DNA of 64,000 nucleotides from a virus. The stretch lies in IMG/VR virus record IMGVR_UViG_3300045988_025287, positions 1 to 64,000 of that record; one strand, given 5' to 3'. Below, piece by piece: positions 45,822-53,931 of this stretch (its first letter is position 1; each line of letters starts with the position of its first letter). Both the position numbers and the translations under genes were made by a program. A model generated the notes under the pieces. That model had not been told where the DNA came from and made no database searches. It saw only the letters and a program-made list of their open reading frames with translations.

Positions 45822-46211
45822 GACTAGACCTTCTTTTTAGTTAATATTAGAGTCTAGTATACTCAGTCTGTGAAGATAGAGTATACGTCCTCAGAAAATG
45901 ACAAACATGTGGGGCGGGAGTAAATAAGTAAAACTAAGCAGTAGTATTATATATCAGTAAGGATACTACGCCGAATCTGATTGTTTTGTTTATTTATAGT
46001 CGTGCGGACGTTAAAATCATGTACTCCAATAAGATTTAGTTTGACAGCTATTTCTGCTTACGAGTTAAAACTATAGTGAGAGTCATAGTAAGTAACGATT
46101 GTAGTCGTTTATCTTTGTCTTATAACAAATGCTATAAACTAAGTTGGCACTAACTTAATTAAATCCTGAGTGCCCAGGCGTCATTATTAACAATTTAAAT
46201 TTTTTAGAAAC
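45822..46211. ncRNA. ORF-free tract (about 390 nt) with the shared GTGCGGACGTTAAAATCA box
   Basis: No ORF in the track. Box at 46002-46019 is 17/18 identical to 44092-44109. GGAGTAAA motif at about 45917. Confidence 0.35.
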
Positions 46212-46442
46212 ATGAAAAAGATTGGAGATTTTTTATTTGTAGAGCAATGCTTTACAGATACTGAAGAAACAAAAACTGCGGTAGTCAATATTAATTATAT
46301 TGACAGCATAACTCAGAGCTGCAATGACAAACTTGGAGACATTGTAGTCATAGAGACAGATAATACAAGAATTATCTGTAAAGATCCAGAGAATTTCTTT
46401 ACTGAGTTTGAGAATCTAATTTCAGATGAAGAAGAATGGTAG
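46212..46442 (+). CDS. Hypothetical protein, 76 aa (TAG stop, TAA 3 codons later)
   Basis: Track ORF. Confidence 0.5.
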   Translation: MKKIGDFLFVEQCFTDTEETKTAVVNINYIDSITQSCNDKLGDIVVIETDNTRIICKDPENFFTEFENLISDEEEW

Positions 46443-46699
46443 TCAATAAAGTAAAAGAGGGCCGTAAATTAACTGAAATAAAGTTCAGTAACGACCACTA
46501 TCTCGCAAATCTATTAGCTACTACTAAAGTACTTGGCATATCGTTAGAACGAGCTAAAAAGCTATGTAGAACAGTACCAGGTAAGAGAGTAGAAGTTAAT
46601 CCACCTATTGAAATTATCAGTAAGTTAAATACTGATAAATTATTTGAAGAATTAGAGGAGTATGAAATAGAAGTATCTATTAGTATTCCCAGTAAATAA
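46436..46699 (+). CDS. Second L7/L12 C-terminal-domain-like protein, 87 aa
   Basis: HYLANLLATTKVLGISLERAKKLCRTVP...LFEELEEYEIEVSI follows the same pattern as 43561..43989. Confidence 0.4.
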   Translation: MVVNKVKEGRKLTEIKFSNDHYLANLLATTKVLGISLERAKKLCRTVPGKRVEVNPPIEIISKLNTDKLFEELEEYEIEVSISIPSK

Positions 46700-46716
46700 C
46701 TTATCAAAAGTAAAAC

Positions 46717-47184
46717 ATGAAAGCAATTGTTATTTCATTTGAAGGAGCTATAAAAGACGATAATATCTTTGCATCATTATTAGCTTCTTTTGTAGAGAAA
46801 CATGTAAACACTGAATCTGTAAATATCCATATTTTATCAGATATAGATGTAACAAATGCGCTAATAGCTAAGTGCTTAATTCCATCTGCTATAACAGTAG
46901 ACAGACCATCTAATCCGCAAATACCAGTAGTAGAAGATTTCTGTAAGAAGATTGTTTCATCTATTGGTTCACCCGCACTTAAAACACGAGAATTGTTAAA
47001 CTCAGAACTATGCAAGTTCTTAGTACAACAAAATCGTGAAGTTATTAGTGTTCCAGTAAGTATTATTGCTAAAGTAAATACTACTTCTGCGTATTACGAA
47101 CATCGCAAGGTACTAAAGGAATACGGTTTATCTGCATTACCTGAGTTATTACGCGATATTAACCCTCTATTTAAATTTTACTAG
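46717..47184 (+). CDS. Hypothetical protein, 155 aa (TAG stop, TAA 5 codons later)
   Basis: Track ORF. The antisense track ORF 46704..47015 is rejected. Confidence 0.5.
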   Translation: MKAIVISFEGAIKDDNIFASLLASFVEKHVNTESVNIHILSDIDVTNALIAKCLIPSAITVDRPSNPQIPVVEDFCKKIVSSIGSPALKTRELLNSELCKFLVQQNREVISVPVSIIAKVNTTSAYYEHRKVLKEYGLSALPELLRDINPLFKFY

Positions 47185-47185
47185 T

Positions 47186-47284
47186 ATGGCAAAGAAGAAT
47201 AATGAAGAGCCTCCAAAGGAATTTAAAAAGAAGCCAAAACATAAAAAGATGGAGCCCTATAATCGTAAGAAAGCATGGAAATAG
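47186..47284 (+). CDS. Small basic ORF, 32 aa
   Basis: MAKKNNEEPPKEFKKKPKHKKMEPYNRKKAWK. Below the track threshold. Confidence 0.25.
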   Translation: MAKKNNEEPPKEFKKKPKHKKMEPYNRKKAWK

Positions 47285-47421
47285 ATAATAATTGTCCTAC
47301 ACTTGATAATCATATCAACTGTAGTGAATGTACTCATGAGTGTAAACTCAGAATGCAACCAAAGAATAGTAAAGAAGTAGAGGTTCCGCCAGAGCCTCTA
47401 CTTAATACTATATATTACTAA
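47275..47421 (+). CDS. Small Cys-rich ORF, 48 aa
   Basis: MEIDNNCPTLDNHINCSECTHECKL... TAA stop. Below the track threshold. Confidence 0.3.
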   Translation: MEIDNNCPTLDNHINCSECTHECKLRMQPKNSKEVEVPPEPLLNTIYY

Positions 47422-47663
47422 TTTAAATTGTTAGTAAAATGGTGGATTCAGTCAACCCAAAGAACTGTTTAAGACTAGAACCCTAATGGAAATTGTCAAT
47501 CAAGAGTACAATGGACTATACAACGGTCAACCACATTATATGTAGGTCAGGAGAAGGCAGGGAGTCTCCTGTTGAATAAGAAGTACAAATAGACAGGAAC
47601 AGTTCTTTTTAATTATTACTTAAATTTACTAAAAGATATGAGTAAAACAAAAAACAAATTAAA

Positions 47664-47891
47664 ATGTCATATTATATGACCAATATAATTATTACTCCTA
47701 CTTTATATGAGGAGAAAAGATTAGAAGCTATATCATACTTTAGCAGATGTAGTAGAGAAGCAGCACTAAGAATCCACAAAAAGAACAAATATAAAGATAT
47801 TAAATTGAAGCTAAACACTATAGCAGTAGCTATAATCGAGGCTAAAAAGAGATATTTTGATGATTGTTCTTTTATTAAGATTATATTATAG
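47664..47891 (+). CDS. Hypothetical protein, 75 aa (TAG stop, TAA 1 codon later)
   Basis: Track ORF. Confidence 0.45.
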   Translation: MSYYMTNIIITPTLYEEKRLEAISYFSRCSREAALRIHKKNKYKDIKLKLNTIAVAIIEAKKRYFDDCSFIKIIL

Positions 47892-47935
47892 TGTTAAATA
47901 AATTTTATTGTTAAATCAATTAAACTGTATTCAAA

Positions 47936-48403
47936 ATGGCAGAAGTAAAGAAAATGAACATCCTTATAGAGGATGTAAATGGAGAAAACATCCAGGATGT
48001 AATCGCTAATTCAAGTAAGGTAACTGAAGAAATTGCAGAAGAAGCAGCAAAGAAAATTGCTGAACGACGCAAAGAAAAGTTAACGAAAGATTTAGTAGCT
48101 GTTGTTCAGAAGAGCGAATATACGGTATCCTCAGCGGTACTACAAGTTCGTCGTTCTAACAGAACAAACCAACGTATTAAACAGTACCTAAAAGATCTTG
48201 CTACACTGAAAGAAGAGATTGTAAGTGGAAAGAAACCTGTATCTGCATGGAAAGAGGAAGCTTATAATCTAAAGAAACAGTACGACAAGGATCTTATTGA
48301 GATTGGAAAGGATATCGACAAGTCCTTAAATGAACTTAACGAACTCTTTCCAGACTCTTGGCAGTGGAGATACGATGATTTAGTTCCTAATACTAATAGA
48401 TAA
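47936..48403 (+). CDS. Hypothetical protein, 155 aa
   Basis: Track ORF, K/E-rich helical. Confidence 0.55.
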   Translation: MAEVKKMNILIEDVNGENIQDVIANSSKVTEEIAEEAAKKIAERRKEKLTKDLVAVVQKSEYTVSSAVLQVRRSNRTNQRIKQYLKDLATLKEEIVSGKKPVSAWKEEAYNLKKQYDKDLIEIGKDIDKSLNELNELFPDSWQWRYDDLVPNTNR

Positions 48404-49048
48404 CTAAATCAAAACAAATAAAAGAGGTTCCAAGCTTAGAATCTTTGAATCAATAGCTTAGTATGTGAGTCGGAAATAGTTCTTTTGAACTCTAGGGCCT
48501 GAGGCATACAAGGACCTGAATTAACAGGTCTCATACAGAATTTTAAATCAGTTATGGGGAACTACCGTGAACTACTGATCATAAGTCTGAGATCGCGACA
48601 ATAAGATTGTCCTCTAGAAATAGAGAAACGCTCTAGTCGTGACATCAAGTTTAGACTGAATAATATGAATCTTTGAATCGTTTAAAGTATCTATACTTTA
48701 ACTATTATTCGTGTATTATCAAGATCAGTATAAGAGAACTAACCATTCTCAAGACCATAGGGTATATGACTTTGGTCGGTCATATACCCACAATAGAGTA
48801 GGTATAATACCGAACTGTAAAAAGAATTGACTGTTAGGTCTATTTATGCCTTCAGGTGACCGCGGGGCAGTACCGCGCACATCCACTAAAAAAATATAAT
48901 AAGGGTGTGAAATAGTATTGAACCGTTGAAACAGAATAGAATAGGTCAATAAGCAGATAACTGGCAATACAAGTTATGTAACGGACTATACTGGTATCGC
49001 AGCGTGATAACAGAGTCCAACGGCTAAGCTAATGTCGTAGAAAGCTGG
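48404..49048 (+). ncRNA. ORF-free structured tract (about 645 nt) abutting a tRNA-like element
   Basis: 11-bp perfect hairpin GGGTATATGAC/GTCATATACCC (48760-48789). CGCGG/CCGCG helix (48861-48877). Direct repeat GAATCTTTGAATC at 48439 and 48667. The only track ORF here (minus, 48749..48967) spans the hairpins. Confidence 0.45.
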
Positions 49049-49128
49049 AGTAAGGATAGTACTCAGATGGTAGAGCGGTGAGATAATATCAAAAGCTGGT
49101 ATCGGAGGTTCGAGTCCTCCCCTTACTA
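49049..49128 (+). tRNA. Aberrant tRNA-like element, anticodon undetermined
   Basis: Perfect acceptor AGTAAGG/CCTTACT, T arm GGAGG-TTCGAGT-CCTCC and D-arm-like ACTCAGATGGTAGAGC. However, 3 extra nt precede the D arm and I could find no 5-bp anticodon stem in GGTGAGATAATATCAAAAGCTGGTATC. Confidence 0.4.
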
Positions 49129-49167
49129 CAAATAAAAAATTAAGTTTAATCAATAAATTAATTTGAA

Positions 49168-49446
49168 ATGGGATTAATGAATTTTATTAGACAGAATCTT
49201 CCAGAATCATGGGAGAAAGCTGCAACAGAGATGAGAATGAAGACTGAATTAATAACTCGTCTTCATAATGTAGTACCTCGTGCTTATAAGAATAAGTATC
49301 ACTACAAAGAAGGAATATCTTATATTAGAAGAGTATTCAATACTAAATGTGATATAATACATTTAGTAGATGCTACTGATATAGATATCACTAAATGGAA
49401 TGAATTAAGTAGTAAAATAAAAGAATACGAATATCAATGCGTGTAA
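49168..49446 (+). CDS. Hypothetical protein, 92 aa
   Basis: Track ORF. Confidence 0.5.
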   Translation: MGLMNFIRQNLPESWEKAATEMRMKTELITRLHNVVPRAYKNKYHYKEGISYIRRVFNTKCDIIHLVDATDIDITKWNELSSKIKEYEYQCV

Positions 49447-49622
49447 GATATTTTGCTTGGTTTGACTCTAAACATGAAAGAACAGAGTTCATTAACTTAC
49501 TCAGATCAGCTAAATCTGATATTGATGCAGTTAATAAAGTGATGCAAAAATATCCAGAGTTAACTTTATCAGAAGTATCTGGAATAGTAAATAACTTTAA
49601 AAAAGAAATTAATCAACCATGA
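49437..49622 (+). CDS. Hypothetical protein, 61 aa
   Basis: Track ORF. AVNKVMQKYPELTLSEVSGIV weakly resembles the L12-CTD helix pattern. Confidence 0.4.
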   Translation: MRVRYFAWFDSKHERTEFINLLRSAKSDIDAVNKVMQKYPELTLSEVSGIVNNFKKEINQP

Positions 49623-50080
49623 GACTCAATCATCCTGGTATCTACAGAATTGTAGGTGAAAACTTTGAGCTTCTTGCCAATATAATTGGAGAAGTTCCTT
49701 GTATGAGAATTACTTCTGCACTATTAGTTAATAACTTAGTACAGAAAGGAGAATTTACTATACTTCCTGAAGACTCTATTGAAATTCAGAGCGTATTAGC
49801 GAATCCCGACAAATTTGTTTTTCTAGAGTATGAATACTCAGAAATATGTTCATTACCATCTTATCGTCAATCGATTCATGGTACAAAAATGCCCGCTATA
49901 ACTGACGAACAGTTAAAGACATTTACTAATAAATACCTTGAAGATATTGGAATATATGGACGAGGTGTAGCCGCAACTAAAGCTTATATATTAGAGACTA
50001 CAGGTTGGTCATTAGCCCAAATTAATGTAGTACTAATGAAAATAGCTAAAAGAGTAAAGCAGCAATATGTTAATTTATAG
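49619..50080 (+). CDS. Hypothetical protein, 153 aa (TAG stop, TAA 11 codons later)
   Basis: Track ORF. Confidence 0.5.
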   Translation: MRLNHPGIYRIVGENFELLANIIGEVPCMRITSALLVNNLVQKGEFTILPEDSIEIQSVLANPDKFVFLEYEYSEICSLPSYRQSIHGTKMPAITDEQLKTFTNKYLEDIGIYGRGVAATKAYILETTGWSLAQINVVLMKIAKRVKQQYVNL

Positions 50081-50459
50081 TTTGACAAACCATATATATA
50101 CCACTTGGGGAGTTAAATATAGTTCATTTAACTGGCGACCTGAGTGGTATACCTTTTTAAGAATACAAAAAAGGGAATTAAAAGAACTAGAATTTCATGA
50201 ATCTTATAAAGTTCAAACTGTAAAATATTTAATATTTTGGTTTGATAATAGGATAATACAAAAGATAGGAGTCGATAAAGATTTAACTCTAAAGGTTCGT
50301 ATAAGAATATTATGTGGATTAATTAATAATACTCCTACTAGTGTACTTACTAGACCTATGAAAATAGAATTCATGGAATGTATATGGGATACTTATAATA
50401 AATTCTACAAAGATTGGTATGAATATTATTGTAGGAATGTACTAGAATTGCCATTTTAA
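50067..50459 (+). CDS. Hypothetical protein, 130 aa
   Basis: Track ORF. Confidence 0.5.
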   Translation: MLIYSLTNHIYTTWGVKYSSFNWRPEWYTFLRIQKRELKELEFHESYKVQTVKYLIFWFDNRIIQKIGVDKDLTLKVRIRILCGLINNTPTSVLTRPMKIEFMECIWDTYNKFYKDWYEYYCRNVLELPF

Positions 50460-50507
50460 GTCTATAGAGTCTTGGTTGACTCTATAGGCACACTAAAGCC
50501 CGTAATT

Positions 50508-51068
50508 ATGACAGATGAAGAAAGACAACAGCTTTTAGATCTGATCAAGCAGGCTAAAGAAGGTAAACAATATGCCTTCACACAGCTTTATAATCGTTAT
50601 CACAGAATTATATACAATACTATATATAATATTGTACACAATAAGGATGTAACAGATGATTTAGTATCTGTAACGTTTACTAAAGCTTTCTTTAAGATAG
50701 CTAGTTATATTAATCATATTTCATTTGAAATGTGGTTAAAAACTATCGCTATAAATAGTAGTATTGATTATATACGACGTACTAAAAAAGAGAAGTATGA
50801 TTATGAGTTAGATAATGATAATAACTGTCTACAGGTAAGCAGTTCGGCCGACAGCTCACCAGAAGATGTCTACATCTATCATGAGACGGATAGTAAGTTA
50901 TCTGATGCACTAAACAGACTTCGCTATAAGTATAGGTATATACTTGAACTACGCACAGTTCAGAATCTCTCTTACAAGGAGATTGCTGAACATCTTGAGC
51001 TCTCTGAGTCTCAAGTAAAATCTCGCCTTAATAAAGCGAGAGAGAAATTAAAACAATTGTTAAACTAA
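50508..51068 (+). CDS. ECF-type (sigma-70 family, group 4) RNA polymerase sigma factor, 186 aa from ATG (track ORF starts at TTG 50472)
   Basis: Region 2: AFTQLYNRYHRIIYNTIYNIV...DDLVSVTFTKAFFKI...FEMWLKTIAINSSIDYIRR. Region 4: ALNRLRYKYRYILELRTVQNLSYKEIAEHLELSESQVKSRLNKAREKL. Confidence 0.85.
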   Translation: MTDEERQQLLDLIKQAKEGKQYAFTQLYNRYHRIIYNTIYNIVHNKDVTDDLVSVTFTKAFFKIASYINHISFEMWLKTIAINSSIDYIRRTKKEKYDYELDNDNNCLQVSSSADSSPEDVYIYHETDSKLSDALNRLRYKYRYILELRTVQNLSYKEIAEHLELSESQVKSRLNKAREKLKQLLN

Positions 51069-51084
51069 AAAACATTTACTAATT

Positions 51085-51456
51085 ATGACACCAGCAATTA
51101 TTGGGCTATTAACTGTAGCATTTATCCTTGCACGGTTATTCCGTAGTACAGGAATGTGGTGGAAACTTGTTTTCGCCATTATGGCTGGTCTATTAGTAGG
51201 TATTTTAAGTAAGGAAGTAGTTAAGTCAGATAATGATAAGACTACTTCTCTTACTAGTTTAGTTAGCACCATGAGTAATGATGATGCTTTAACATGCATG
51301 CAAAGCTTAGTAGCTACAGTGACAGAAGGTACTACCATTCGCCTTACTGGGGTTGCAGGTTACATTGTTAAAGATGAAGAATTATTCGATGCACTAACTA
51401 AAAGTAATACCTTTACTAATGGACGTGACTCACCAGAAATAGAGGATGATAGTTAA
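51085..51456 (+). CDS. Membrane protein directly downstream of the sigma factor (anti-sigma candidate), 123 aa
   Basis: Two N-terminal TM helices (AIIGLLTVAFILARLF, LVFAIMAGLLVGIL). The gene order mimics ECF sigma/anti-sigma pairs. No anti-sigma motif recognised. Confidence 0.4.
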   Translation: MTPAIIGLLTVAFILARLFRSTGMWWKLVFAIMAGLLVGILSKEVVKSDNDKTTSLTSLVSTMSNDDALTCMQSLVATVTEGTTIRLTGVAGYIVKDEELFDALTKSNTFTNGRDSPEIEDDS

Positions 51457-51531
51457 CCTCTTAAACTAATCCATCTTTTTAATTGTACTTAATAATAACT
51501 TTTATTTTAACACTTTAAAACATTATCAAAA

Positions 51532-53046
51532 ATGGCAAAAGAAATGAGTAAGGCTGAAAGAAAGGCAGCCTTGAAAGCAGCAAAAGCAGCAGCAAAAGCT
51601 GAAGCTAAAGTAAACAACACTGAGAACAAGAAAGAGGAAACTAATCCTCAGGTAGATAACAAGCCGAAAGATGCTAAAGTAGAGGATGCAAAGAAAGCTC
51701 CTACTACAGCTAAGGAAACTAAGGTTCAGGCGAAGAAGGATGCCCCTAAAAGTCCGGATAAGCCTAAGAAGAAGGAAGAGAAAATTCCTACAATCATTCC
51801 TGAAGATGCAACAGGTAAGAACAGCCCTGAAAAGAAAGCTGTAGAACGTGCTGCAAACCTTATCACAGGAATTCCTACGGCCGGTATACCTATTGGTTCA
51901 AGAGAATCATCTGTTGATGGTAAGGCTATGTTAGCATTTGTAATGCAACAGCGTTATGCTAACAATGAAGAACTCAAGAAGCAATATCCTGAGTTATATG
52001 CAGACATCAATCGTAGCATTGATGTAGTTACTTTGTTAGCTCTTGTCGATGTACGTCAAGACTTGTTCGACCGTGGTGAACGTGGCGAATTGCAGTTACA
52101 GATAGCTGCAGACCAAGTATTACCGCTGCAAAGTATGGCAGAAATGCTAGGTATTAAACTAGCTCCTGCTAAAGCTCTGCCTGGGAATGATGGGCAAATG
52201 TCTATTAACTTCTCAGAAAGTGAAGTACCTACAGAACTTGCAAACAGCAAGCCAAAAGTAGAAATTCCAGAGCTTGATCCTAACAAGATTACTAATGATG
52301 AGGAATTGAAAACTGCCCTTAATTACCTCATCTCTAAAGAGAAGAATGTGGCAGAAAATATAGTTAACACTGTAGAATGGTATCGTGTATATCGCGGCCT
52401 GAAAGAAACTAATGCAGATAAGAAGCTTGCATTAGACGAAAAGACAGTTACAGATTGGATTAATGAGATATTCTCTATTATCCAACCTACAGCCATCTTA
52501 CGTGGTTTAGGTCGTGCTGTATACTTATATACTTCACAGACAGGTTCACCGTGTATGGCTCACTCTATCATGCATACACATATGTCTAAGGCTGGTTGGA
52601 GTGAAGAACAAGTAGCAGAAGCATTACGTGCTTTAATTGGAGAAAACTTCCGTTATAAACTGAAGGATGATCCTGAAGCAAAGCCTGAAGAAGATAAAGC
52701 AATTAATGCTATTACTGGCTTACTAGGCAATGACTATATTGATAAGTTATTTGCCGACTATACTATTACTACTGATGGTGTAGAAGACAGTAAGAAAGTT
52801 GAACTTGAAGCTGCACGTGAAGTTGCCCGTAAGGTTCTAGGGAGTATTCGTACCAATTACTTTGACAAACAGAAGGAGACTCCTACGCTTGATAAGATGC
52901 GTATGGTAGTAGGTCAGATTATTAATCTGTATCGAAATCCGGCTGATCGTCTTGCAGAGTATTGTCAAGGAGATTTAATCGCTCCAAAGGAAGACGAATA
53001 TCCTAAGAATGAAGAGAAATCTGAAGGGACTGAAAAAAAAAACTAA
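51532..53046 (+). CDS. Hypothetical protein, 504 aa, with K/A-rich basic N-terminal region
   Basis: Intact track ORF. N-terminus KAERKAALKAAKAAAKAEAK... No catalytic motif recognised. Confidence 0.6.
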   Translation: MAKEMSKAERKAALKAAKAAAKAEAKVNNTENKKEETNPQVDNKPKDAKVEDAKKAPTTAKETKVQAKKDAPKSPDKPKKKEEKIPTIIPEDATGKNSPEKKAVERAANLITGIPTAGIPIGSRESSVDGKAMLAFVMQQRYANNEELKKQYPELYADINRSIDVVTLLALVDVRQDLFDRGERGELQLQIAADQVLPLQSMAEMLGIKLAPAKALPGNDGQMSINFSESEVPTELANSKPKVEIPELDPNKITNDEELKTALNYLISKEKNVAENIVNTVEWYRVYRGLKETNADKKLALDEKTVTDWINEIFSIIQPTAILRGLGRAVYLYTSQTGSPCMAHSIMHTHMSKAGWSEEQVAEALRALIGENFRYKLKDDPEAKPEEDKAINAITGLLGNDYIDKLFADYTITTDGVEDSKKVELEAAREVARKVLGSIRTNYFDKQKETPTLDKMRMVVGQIINLYRNPADRLAEYCQGDLIAPKEDEYPKNEEKSEGTEKKN

Positions 53047-53117
53047 ACTGGTTTAAAAAGTTTCTTTTAAAAATTCATATCTTAGAAGAATAACCATTCT
53101 AATAAATATCATATCAA

Positions 53118-53519
53118 ATGAATAATAGAATGTTAACTGTAGTTGGAATGTTTGTTGTCAGTGTATTCATTGGTAGGCAAATGTTTGCAACTACAGAAGT
53201 TATACAGGCACAGCCTGTTATACCCTCTATAGTGGAGTTACCTAACTTCCCTAAAGTAATAAAAGAGGAGAAAAAGTCTGTAGATGAGATAAATGTCGAA
53301 GTCGACTTATCTACATTAGAAGTATCTGTGAAAGGAACAACAGACGCAAAAGTGAATGTAAAAACTACTGGTGAACCAAAGCCAGTAGTTAAGTGGAAAA
53401 CTAAAGTAATAGAGAAGACGAATTCAACAGGATATCCGAAAGTAAAAGCTATAAGTAAGGTATCTGATGACGAATCACCGGCAACTCCATTAACAATAGT
53501 AGATAAATATGAACAATAA
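53118..53519 (+). CDS. Hypothetical protein with N-terminal signal/TM segment, 133 aa
   Basis: Track ORF. Confidence 0.5.
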   Translation: MNNRMLTVVGMFVVSVFIGRQMFATTEVIQAQPVIPSIVELPNFPKVIKEEKKSVDEINVEVDLSTLEVSVKGTTDAKVNVKTTGEPKPVVKWKTKVIEKTNSTGYPKVKAISKVSDDESPATPLTIVDKYEQ

Positions 53520-53931
53520 AATTATACTTCAACAGATGATACGTCTATCACGTATCATTAAGGACTCAAGAGAAGCAAGAGCTAAATTGAATTCTATTCA
53601 AGCTCAAACTGAATACTTTATAGTAGAAGGTAATCAGTCTACTTTTATTAGAGACCAAGCTAACAGTAGTATAACTAATTGTTTATATGTAGAACAGTAC
53701 TTACGTTCGTCTGTAAGTAATGCTTGTAAATGTTTGGATGGTTTTGATGCTTCAAAAATGGAACCAATAGACTACATCAGTAGTAGTGATGTAAAAAATA
53801 AGTTTGTCGACATATGTCTAGGTAAGAAAGTAGTAGCTTCTATTAATCTTACCACTGGTGAAATAATAAGCATCAATACACCAAAACAAGGATTAACGGC
53901 TAAAGATGACAGCCCTACGGTAAAAAGTTAG
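53509..53931 (+). CDS. Hypothetical protein, 140 aa (stop context TAG TGA TAA TAA)
   Basis: Track ORF. Confidence 0.5.
   Translation: MNNKIILQQMIRLSRIIKDSREARAKLNSIQAQTEYFIVEGNQSTFIRDQANSSITNCLYVEQYLRSSVSNACKCLDGFDASKMEPIDYISSSDVKNKFVDICLGKKVVASINLTTGEIISINTPKQGLTAKDDSPTVKS

Noticed and set aside
43986-52286. Other minus-strand track ORFs in the plus block (43986..44213, 46498..46707, 46704..47015, 48749..48967, 51060..51338, 52056..52286, 56232..56486, 56871..57074)
   Set aside because: They are antisense to longer plus-strand ORFs or lie across hairpin-rich non-coding tracts. They have no motifs and no operon context.
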